From positions 1-55,265 of IMG/VR virus record IMGVR_UViG_3300042523_000511: a stretch of 55,265 bases of DNA; one strand, 5' to 3'. How positions within the stretch are numbered: the stretch's first letter is position 1; each line of letters starts with the position of its first letter. Source of the stretch: a virus. Its lineage: Duplodnaviria; Caudoviricetes. The notes under the pieces are model-generated. The model ran no database searches. It saw nothing but the letters and a program-made list of their open reading frames with translations, and was not told the origin of the DNA. Shown here piece by piece: positions 7,166 to 15,031 of this stretch. The translations under genes were made by a program, and so were the position numbers.

Positions 7166-8644
7166 TTATTCTTTAATTTTTCTAAAATGTTGCATGAGCT
7201 TTTGTCTATCAACTTTTCGACTGACAATGTATTCTATAACATTGAGCTCTCTGGCAATTTTGTTAACTGTTACATGTTGGTAATTGTCTTTAAGATAGTT
7301 GGAAAATTTTTGCTCTCCGTCTGGATTAGACTTCCAAACACTTAGGTACAGTTGTTGTTCCTCGTTATCAATCACAGCAGTAGCACCATCTTCTGGAAAA
7401 CACTCTGCAACTTTGTTGTCAATGTCGCCAAGATTTATCCATTCATCACAGATACGATACTGTGTGCCTCGACCGTAGAAATGATAGTCGTTGTTTATTA
7501 AATTAAATTTGTCCTGACTGGTCTTCCACTCAGTTTCTCCCAACCCCACAACCTTGACATGTAGATACCCGTCTTCAATTTTAAAATCAAAAAAGTCATC
7601 AAGTTTTGGTCCAATTCTACTGGTTACATACGTACTCGAATCTGTATTTTTATCCACTACTTTGACCAAAAAGCCGTAACCAATTGTGGTATCACCAAAC
7701 ACGTTCCTAATAGATCCAACATTTTTTTCGTGCATTAAATCAATGCATCGATTGTTAACATAGAACAATGTAACAATGTCTAGATTGTGAGTGAGTCTGG
7801 GTGTTTCGGACAAAAAGTTTATTAATTTTTCTGAACTATACAGCAGTATCTTGTTGATTTTACGGTCAACAATATACTTAGATAAAACTTTGTAATAGTT
7901 GTTGTCTCTCGGATCACCGTTGTAGATGTAGTGATTCTTGCTAGTCATAAAACTAGGCAAGAAGTGGTAGCACATACTAGCACCGTGATGTAAATTGTTA
8001 GTGTGCAATGCGTGTTCGCCAGAATTAAAATTTAGATGTTTAGTTAACCGACTTGCTTGTAATGCAATTTCTTTGTGAGTAATCTTAATCTGTTTGGGAT
8101 TGCCAGTTGTTCCTCCTGATGCTGTCCAAACAGCATCAATGTCAGCAGACGCCAAAATTGTTTGCGAGATTTTTTTAAATTTTGTATGATCTTGAATTTG
8201 ATAAGAGTCAAACTCTTTTTCAGTTAGTATGGTATTGCAGTTAAGTTGATTGCGTTTGTGATCCCAGTAAGAATAAAAATCCTGATCGTTAGGATCAGTT
8301 TGCCGACTGTACACAATTGCAAAATCTACCTTACCATGCATGGTCATTCGATAACTAGTCGCATCTTCGTAACTGAAGGCATGCGGCCAATCAACAATCA
8401 TAATCATTCCCAACTCCCACACCGCAAACACCGCGCTGTAATAGTAGGCATTGGTCAAGTTAAACTCTAACATCACTGTTTGGCCAGGCTTTGCCTGATA
8501 CTTTTCTACCAGCAACATTTTCCAATAATCAATCATGCTGACAAATTGTGTTCGATCAATAATTGTTACCTCGTTAGATTGAAAGTTCTCCTGATAGAGA
8601 ACAAAATCTGGCGAAATAAGGTCGCGAGATAAGATGTTACTCAT
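7166..8644 (-). CDS. Adenylate-forming (AMP-binding, acyl-CoA ligase-like) enzyme, divergent
   Basis: P-loop WTASGGTTGNPK, LHHG, D...GR, and C-terminal SRKVDRQKL carrying the A10-like lysine. Confidence 0.75.
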   Translation of the reverse strand: MSNILSRDLISPDFVLYQENFQSNEVTIIDRTQFVSMIDYWKMLLVEKYQAKPGQTVMLEFNLTNAYYYSAVFAVWELGMIMIVDWPHAFSYEDATSYRMTMHGKVDFAIVYSRQTDPNDQDFYSYWDHKRNQLNCNTILTEKEFDSYQIQDHTKFKKISQTILASADIDAVWTASGGTTGNPKQIKITHKEIALQASRLTKHLNFNSGEHALHTNNLHHGASMCYHFLPSFMTSKNHYIYNGDPRDNNYYKVLSKYIVDRKINKILLYSSEKLINFLSETPRLTHNLDIVTLFYVNNRCIDLMHEKNVGSIRNVFGDTTIGYGFLVKVVDKNTDSSTYVTSRIGPKLDDFFDFKIEDGYLHVKVVGLGETEWKTSQDKFNLINNDYHFYGRGTQYRICDEWINLGDIDNKVAECFPEDGATAVIDNEEQQLYLSVWKSNPDGEQKFSNYLKDNYQHVTVNKIARELNVIEYIVSRKVDRQKLMQHFRKIKE

Positions 8645-9588
8645 TGTGGTGTAATGTTAAAATTATTAACAATGGTTTGATACTGGTCTTGCTCGTTCTT
8701 GACTTTTCGTTTGAAGTCAGTTAACGTCATTGTGTGAATAGGAATGTAATCAAACTTTGCCATAGTTTCTTGAACTCTTGGATCAGCAACAGCGTCTTTG
8801 AGATCACGTTCTAATTGAATTTTGATTGCTGTGGGAGTGTTAGTAGACACATAAAAACTGCACCAAGAGATGAGTGTTGTAATGTTTTTACCAGTCAATT
8901 CTTTAAGTGTCGGAACTTCGGGATATCGTGAATCTCTTTGCGCAGTTGCAATGCCAATCAATTTTGTTTTCCCGGCCAACACCATATTTTTTGTAGTTCC
9001 TGTGCTGCCAAACGCATATGGGACTTGACGGGTTGACACATCAGCTTGCCACTGGCCAAACTCTTTGTAAGGTATGTGTGTCATAGATTTATTTCCAAGA
9101 CTAGCACCAAACTCTGCGCCAAGCAAGTGTCCAATGGAACCAATGTTCCAAGAACTGTATGTTGGATTTTTGGATATCTCTTGCTTGAGATCATCGTAAT
9201 TGCGTATTTGACTAGATGCAAACAATGCCATGTTTGCATCTAACACTGGTGCAATTGGCTCTAGACGGCCAATTGGTTCATGATTTTTATAAAGCACTGG
9301 ATAGGAAACTACAGTACCGCCATCTAAAAATCCTATAGTGTATCCATCAGATGGCTCACTGTTGATGGCATTCAGCCCAATTACGCCAGCACCTCCCGGG
9401 CGGTTTTCAACTAACACTGGCTGTTTCCATTTTTCGGTTAGTACTTCAGAAATTTTTCTAGCCATAACATCAGGACCTGAACCAACCCCAATTGATAAAA
9501 TAATTTTAACTGGTTTGCTTGGAAAATTTTGTGCTATTGTATTCATAGATACAAATGCTACCAGCAAACTTGCTATAATTTTTTTCAT
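8641..9588 (-). CDS. Bug/TctC tripartite tricarboxylate transporter substrate-binding protein
   Basis: Signal peptide, FPSKPVKII, GSGPDVMAR, QPVLVENRPGGAGVIG, PSDGYT, HIPYK, PEVPTLKE. Confidence 0.9.
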   Translation of the reverse strand: MKKIIASLLVAFVSMNTIAQNFPSKPVKIILSIGVGSGPDVMARKISEVLTEKWKQPVLVENRPGGAGVIGLNAINSEPSDGYTIGFLDGGTVVSYPVLYKNHEPIGRLEPIAPVLDANMALFASSQIRNYDDLKQEISKNPTYSSWNIGSIGHLLGAEFGASLGNKSMTHIPYKEFGQWQADVSTRQVPYAFGSTGTTKNMVLAGKTKLIGIATAQRDSRYPEVPTLKELTGKNITTLISWCSFYVSTNTPTAIKIQLERDLKDAVADPRVQETMAKFDYIPIHTMTLTDFKRKVKNEQDQYQTIVNNFNITPQ

Positions 9589-9597
9589 GTAAAATCC

Positions 9598-10614
9598 TTA
9601 TAAGTTTTGATAAATCTTCAGCAGTAGCTTGTTGTCGTAGAATTCTGACTCGATGTTTGTGAGTTGGTCTGTTACAATTTGATCCACACTTTCAAACTTG
9701 ATCTCGCCAGGCGCCATGTCTGTGTCCACATCTGAGTTCTTGTTTGGTATCAAACTCATCTCACGCAGGTCATAGTCGCGGATGAATGTTTCTTTGATAA
9801 AGTTGGCTTCTTCGTATGAGATCTCAATGTCTAGTCCAACACGCACATGCATTTTGGGTTTAAGAAGAGTCGGAGCGTTGTCAATAAGGTTGGCGAGTCC
9901 GTAGACGCGATAGGTTGGTTGAGCAGGCCAAGCATGAAACTCAGGCGTTCCTCCCCACTCCAGTATAGTGAGGCCTCGTTCGTCGTCACCAGCATCTGCA
10001 TAATTGTGAGGAAACGCATTGCCGATGTAGGTAATATTTTTCTTAGTCTGTCGCTTGTGGAAGTGTCCGGTGAATACATGTTCAAAATTCTCAAAGTCTT
10101 CTCTACGCACCTCTCCGTGGTCTGGCATTTCTACCATGGCATTCATCAAGTAGCCGGGCAGTTCAAAGTGCCCGAACATGTACTTGCCAGTTAGCTTGGG
10201 TATCCTCTTATGATCGTCTCCACATAGCCAAGGGGCAATAACGACATCACCACTGCTAAACCAATCATTGCAGATTTCAACACGAGGGAGGTGCTTTGCC
10301 CACTCCACGCTTTGAATGTCACGTTTATCGCGATAATATAAATCGTGGTTACCAGGAATAAAATACACGCGGTCAAAATTTGCATTTAAGTGCTCCAGTG
10401 ATCGAAGGCTGTAGTTGAGTGTGACAATGTTTAGGCTGGCACGGTTGTTGTGCCAGTCGCCTAGGAACATGGCTGTTTCACACCCTTCCTCTTTTGCTTT
10501 AGCAGTGGCCCATTTTACAAAAGCCAAACAATCTTCATTGTGTAAGGTAGAATTGGATTTGAGTCCAAAGTGTATGTCAGTGAAGATAGCGGCTTTACGG
10601 AATAGATTAGACAT
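9598..10614 (-). CDS. gp47: gp47/SbcD/Mre11 recombination nuclease subunit
   Basis: Metallophosphoesterase motifs DIH, GDW, GNHD, GHF and GHFH. Start set at the ATG at 10614 (MSNLFRK). Confidence 0.95.
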   Translation of the reverse strand: MSNLFRKAAIFTDIHFGLKSNSTLHNEDCLAFVKWATAKAKEEGCETAMFLGDWHNNRASLNIVTLNYSLRSLEHLNANFDRVYFIPGNHDLYYRDKRDIQSVEWAKHLPRVEICNDWFSSGDVVIAPWLCGDDHKRIPKLTGKYMFGHFELPGYLMNAMVEMPDHGEVRREDFENFEHVFTGHFHKRQTKKNITYIGNAFPHNYADAGDDERGLTILEWGGTPEFHAWPAQPTYRVYGLANLIDNAPTLLKPKMHVRVGLDIEISYEEANFIKETFIRDYDLREMSLIPNKNSDVDTDMAPGEIKFESVDQIVTDQLTNIESEFYDNKLLLKIYQNL

Positions 10615-11581
10615 GTTTATAACAATTGTTACCAAATAGTAGTTGCAGTTTTTTCAAAATATTTTCGTAAATTGGTTGATAAGTTTTCTCGCACAACTCT
10701 GCCACCCAATCGTAGTTAGAACATAAATCAGGTGCATGATAGGGATTTTTTACAACAGCAATTGAATCATAGTGGTCGGACAAATCTTCAAGCAAACTAA
10801 AATTTATAGATTTGTTGTAAAAATAAAATAATGCCAACAATAGATCTACATAATTTACAAAACTATCCAATGCTTGATCACAAGCATCTTTGTCAATGTG
10901 TATGGGTTGCCACATCTGCACTTCTTGTTGGATTTCTTTTAAAGAATCAGCAGTAGTTATTATTAGACGGCGTTGCTTGGCAATTTCTACACTTAGCAAA
11001 TATTTTAAAAAACTTTTTCTGGCCACAGCCCCAATGAACTCGGCAGTAGTCAAACGTCGGAATCTATAATCGGCAATAATGTTTTTGTCATGATGACAAA
11101 AGTGTTTTGTATCAAGCACTTCCTTTAGTACATGAGTTCCTGACCTTCCGGTGGTAAAAATTATAGGAGGAGTAGTCTGCGCACTAGATAATTTTGGTTT
11201 GTGCCAAAAAATTAGTTCATCACTCATTGACAATCTGTACAAAGACGCTTTTAACCATTGCATTTGATTGTACTGATCCAACTCCCACGCTGGATCAAGA
11301 TTAGCAATGTCAAGATTGTGATCAGATATAATCTTGACACAGGTAAAGGTCTCTTTGAGCTGTGCAAGAATTAGTGTGGGTATATTGTCTGCACATGTAA
11401 GATCTGTGCAGACATTTGTCTTAGATTTTGAATACTGAATTCTTGAATCAAAGTCACACAGTGTAGACCCGTCAACTGTCCACGAATCTGCAATGCATGG
11501 CATTATTTTTGAATTTTTTAATTTAGAACTAAACCACGGCTTAACCAGTTGATTTCCGTTGTGTAAAATTAATGAATTCAT
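10607..11581 (-). CDS. Putative sulfotransferase-like (P-loop) protein
   Basis: IIFTTGRSGTHVL resembles the 5'-PSB PAPS-binding motif; a downstream R..S-like element and KNP are present. Confidence 0.5.
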   Translation of the reverse strand: MNSLILHNGNQLVKPWFSSKLKNSKIMPCIADSWTVDGSTLCDFDSRIQYSKSKTNVCTDLTCADNIPTLILAQLKETFTCVKIISDHNLDIANLDPAWELDQYNQMQWLKASLYRLSMSDELIFWHKPKLSSAQTTPPIIFTTGRSGTHVLKEVLDTKHFCHHDKNIIADYRFRRLTTAEFIGAVARKSFLKYLLSVEIAKQRRLIITTADSLKEIQQEVQMWQPIHIDKDACDQALDSFVNYVDLLLALFYFYNKSINFSLLEDLSDHYDSIAVVKNPYHAPDLCSNYDWVAELCEKTYQPIYENILKKLQLLFGNNCYKHV

Positions 11582-11587
11582 CCTGCT

Positions 11588-11616
11588 AGTATACTACTCA
11601 TCCAAGCTAGATACAA
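11588..11616 (-). promoter_or_regulatory. Sigma70-like promoter TTGTAT-N17-TATACT, probably leaderless
   Basis: The -35 lies in the end of the gp55 gene; the -10 ends 6 nt before the ATG at 11581. Confidence 0.5.
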
Positions 11617-12490
11617 CCGGTCCGGACATGGCAGCCATACCAGCTTTGCCAGAGTTTTGCCTAGTCCATGATGGATTCAAACCGTTCATCTCCAGGATGT
11701 CATCTCTGATATTCTGATTTTTCTTTTCGATGTTAAGAATCCGTGTAAAGCTATTAGTGATAGCAGCGGTATAGTAAGCAAAGGGATTTTGCGATTTTGA
11801 TTCGTCAAATTGAAGACCAATTTGACTAAGTTGAAGTAGAGCTTGTCCACGCATTTCCTCGTTGTAGGTGTAGCCACGCCAGTTAGATCGAGTGGCATAG
11901 CGTTCGCACAGTTTCATAAACATCAGCGCCAGCTTCTTGGTCATTGTGCCGTGATCTTTTGAAAACTCTCCTGTGGTCAAATCGCCCTTCCAGTGGCTAC
12001 GGCCCACAATATAAGGTTTTTTATCTTCGTCCAGTCTATACTGTTCAAACGGAGGAAAGTTCACACGCACATGATTTAGATCCAACACAGGCACATCCAA
12101 TATTTCTGCTAGTGGATCTTCTGCTACATCATCCAGTTCAAAAATGTCTTCTAGTTTTTTGCGTTTGGCTTCGGCCTTGGTAATTTTTTTAGGTGCTTTA
12201 GGAATGTGATCCCAACAGGTGATCCTAAACACTAGGTCAGTGTTGGGAATTTTCTTTTGATCAATCACTTCGCCTGTTTCGCGTTTGATACGGTCAGCAC
12301 GATTTTTTCTTGCTTCAACTACAGTGCGTTGATTAATTTTGTCCAGGCCGGGCAGTATCAAATCAAACTGGTGGTCCTGTACAGGATCTCGATACCAGCA
12401 ATAGGTGTTCTTGCTGAAGTGTATTTCTTTCAAAATATCACGGTTGTTTAGGTAATTGACACGAGGTGCCGCTTTTGGTAATAGAGTCAT
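11594..12490 (-). CDS. gp55: gp55-like late-transcription sigma factor
   Basis: NYLNN, NWRGYTYNEEM, FDESKSQNPFAYYT motifs; sits upstream of gp47/gp46; TATAAATA promoters are present in the window. Confidence 0.85.
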   Translation of the reverse strand: MTLLPKAAPRVNYLNNRDILKEIHFSKNTYCWYRDPVQDHQFDLILPGLDKINQRTVVEARKNRADRIKRETGEVIDQKKIPNTDLVFRITCWDHIPKAPKKITKAEAKRKKLEDIFELDDVAEDPLAEILDVPVLDLNHVRVNFPPFEQYRLDEDKKPYIVGRSHWKGDLTTGEFSKDHGTMTKKLALMFMKLCERYATRSNWRGYTYNEEMRGQALLQLSQIGLQFDESKSQNPFAYYTAAITNSFTRILNIEKKNQNIRDDILEMNGLNPSWTRQNSGKAGMAAMSGPVVSSLDE

Positions 12491-12515
12491 AGTATGACAA
12501 GGTCTCCTTACTAGG

Positions 12516-12543
12516 ATTGTAGCATATTTACAACAATTGTCAA
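12516..12543 (-). promoter_or_regulatory. Sigma70 promoter for gp55: TTGACA-N16-TACAAT with extended TG
   Basis: Consensus -35 and TGcTACAAT; AAGGAG RBS at 12504-12509. Confidence 0.7.
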
Positions 12544-12574
12544 CCTCTTGTTAAACTGAGCCGTTTTTGTCAGC

Positions 12575-12582
12575 GGTAAATA
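12575..12582 (+). promoter_or_regulatory. Late promoter (GGTAAATA) at the start of the baseplate module
   Basis: TAAATA core 17 nt upstream of the ATG at 12600. Confidence 0.6.
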
Positions 12583-12599
12583 AGCTATAGGAAACAGAC

Positions 12600-14726
12600 A
12601 TGGCCACTCAAGGTTACGATCCAAATAAAGCAGCAACATTTAATCAACTTCGTCAACAAGGCTTGAGCGAAGAGGCCGCCGCAGCTCAAGCAGGAATATT
12701 GGTAGGTGATCAGAATTATGAAATCACTAACACATATAATTCTGATGGAACAAAGAATCCAAATCCAGGTGCTATGGGTCCGCAAATTACAGGTGCAAAA
12801 GTTGCTGGTGTAAATTATGATCGACCCACAGCACAAGAACAAGCAGAGTCTGATAGATATTTTACCCAAGTACCTTATCAAGTCAAAGCCAATAGCACAC
12901 CTAGCAAATTAACACCAATTAACTATGTCACAACCAGCACTGAAAATGTGAGTGGCGGCGGATCTACTGCAACTATTGCTGGCCCAAAAACGGCCACAGC
13001 AGAGAGCCAAACATATGCAGCTGAAGCAGCCGCAAAGCAACGTGAAATTAATCAGTTTTATAGAGATAATCCTGGTAACTTTGATCGCAAACGTGCAGGC
13101 CTACCTCCCCTAACGCCAGAAGAAAATGAAGCAAGATTAGCAAAATTAGGCACACTTCAAAATCAGTATAATACAATTACTGATAAACAAGCAGCATCCG
13201 AAACTCCGGGCACGCCGACAATTATAACAACTCCAAACACTACCACTACCACACAAACTGTGACCAGTGGTACAACCGCAGTGAACAATCCGGTAGCAGC
13301 GCCTAGCGGCCCAGACCCAGTAGTAAATCAACAAACTGGAATACAGCTCGGAACAACTTTAAACCCAATACGTGCAACTGCTACCAGTCCGTTGCCGGCC
13401 GATGGCGATGAAGTACTAGCTGCTGAACAAGCCGAACAAGAACTTATTGACTTACGCATAGCTGCAGGATCGTCAACACCAGTTGATATACAAACCGACG
13501 GCTTGTTAGAACAACAACAAGCAATTCTTCAAGCACAAGAAGTTGCTGACTTACGAGTAGCCGCAGAGTCAGCCACTCCTGTTGATTCAGTTACTGAAGG
13601 CCTGCTGTTAGAACAAGAACAACTGAGACAATTCCAAGCAGACGAAGCTCTCAATGCCAGACTGGATCGTGCTGCTGAATTAGATCTAGCCAATTCAGGT
13701 GATGCGGCCCTTGAAGCTGCTGACAGAGCACGAGAAGCCGCTGATTTACAAACAGCCGCACTCACATACTCACCTGCTCCAGTATCAACCGTAACTGCAC
13801 TAGATTCAAATGAATTTGGCACACCAAATGTGGTGCAAAATCAAGATGACGTAAATGCCAACGCCGCAGTTGTCCGTGGATTGACAAATAACACACAAAA
13901 TCAAAGTACACTGCAAACACGCCAAAATACTCCTGCCGCAGCTGACTGGCGTGTACGATTGAGATTAGCACCAAATGCCAATTATCTTTACAAAGACAAA
14001 GCCCCCGGAATACTAGCTCCATTGGCTGCTACTGATGGTGTGATATTTCCTTACACACCTGCTATTGAAACCAGTTATCAGGCCAAATACGCAAACTATG
14101 ATCTAACACATTCCAACTATCGTGGATATTTTTACCAAAATAGTTCAGTAGAAAATATCAGTATCAAAGGCACATTCACTGCACAAGACACTCGCGAAGC
14201 TGCATACCTGTTGGCAGTGATACACTTTTTTAAATCCGTAACAAAAATGTTTTATGGCCAAGACGAACAGGCAGGCACACCGCCACCACTGGTATATCTT
14301 AGTGGATTTGGAAAATATCAGTTTAACGAAAGTCCTTGTGTGGTCACTACTTTTGGATATAGTTTGCCTACTGATGTGGATTACATTCGTGCCAATGGAT
14401 TCAACAACATTGGGCTGAATATGGAAAATCGCAGAAATCAATCATCCGGTCCTGCTATTGGTGGCAGCCTAGGCACAGTTGTGGCTATTATTGATAGATT
14501 AACCAATGCAGGATTAAACAATGGAAGTTTGAGTAATCGTCCTAGTCCCAGTCAAGTAAATCAAAATGTCACCAATCAAACTGCTATCAACAGCACTTAC
14601 GTTCCAACCAAAGTAGAAATTTCAATAACATTATTGCCCATGCAAACACGCAATCAAGTCAGCAAACAATTTAGTTTAAAATCTTTTGCCAATGGTTCGT
14701 TATTGGCAGGTGGAGGGTTCTGGTAA
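12600..14726 (+). CDS. Baseplate/tail-tube initiator-like protein with a long low-complexity N-terminus
   Basis: C-terminal DWRVRL...GVIFPYTP...HSNY...ISIKGTFT...PPPLVYLSGFG tube-fold-like domain; immediately upstream of the gp53-like gene. Confidence 0.55.
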   Translation: MATQGYDPNKAATFNQLRQQGLSEEAAAAQAGILVGDQNYEITNTYNSDGTKNPNPGAMGPQITGAKVAGVNYDRPTAQEQAESDRYFTQVPYQVKANSTPSKLTPINYVTTSTENVSGGGSTATIAGPKTATAESQTYAAEAAAKQREINQFYRDNPGNFDRKRAGLPPLTPEENEARLAKLGTLQNQYNTITDKQAASETPGTPTIITTPNTTTTTQTVTSGTTAVNNPVAAPSGPDPVVNQQTGIQLGTTLNPIRATATSPLPADGDEVLAAEQAEQELIDLRIAAGSSTPVDIQTDGLLEQQQAILQAQEVADLRVAAESATPVDSVTEGLLLEQEQLRQFQADEALNARLDRAAELDLANSGDAALEAADRAREAADLQTAALTYSPAPVSTVTALDSNEFGTPNVVQNQDDVNANAAVVRGLTNNTQNQSTLQTRQNTPAAADWRVRLRLAPNANYLYKDKAPGILAPLAATDGVIFPYTPAIETSYQAKYANYDLTHSNYRGYFYQNSSVENISIKGTFTAQDTREAAYLLAVIHFFKSVTKMFYGQDEQAGTPPPLVYLSGFGKYQFNESPCVVTTFGYSLPTDVDYIRANGFNNIGLNMENRRNQSSGPAIGGSLGTVVAIIDRLTNAGLNNGSLSNRPSPSQVNQNVTNQTAINSTYVPTKVEISITLLPMQTRNQVSKQFSLKSFANGSLLAGGGFW

Positions 14727-15028
14727 TGGCTGCAACTTATACAAGCACCAGTCCGTACTTTCAAACTGGTTACAATCAGTTTTATTTGGATGTGATGGTT
14801 AACAGACCCATTCCCAAAGAAAGTGACGACAAGCTGTGGATTATAAATGTCACTTATCAATATCGTCCAGACTTGTTGGCTTATGACCTGTATGGAGATG
14901 CTGGCTTGTGGTGGACGTTTTATCAACGCAATCCCAACACACTCACGGCACCTCCACTAGACTTCAAAGCAGACACTAGAATTTACATTCCAAAGATCAC
15001 CACATTGCGATCAACACTGGGGTTCTAA
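14726..15028 (+). CDS. gp53: gp53-like baseplate wedge protein (LysM-like)
   Basis: YQYRPDLLAYDLYGDAGLWW...N...IYIP. Confidence 0.8.
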   Translation: MAATYTSTSPYFQTGYNQFYLDVMVNRPIPKESDDKLWIINVTYQYRPDLLAYDLYGDAGLWWTFYQRNPNTLTAPPLDFKADTRIYIPKITTLRSTLGF

Positions 15029-15031
15029 CCT

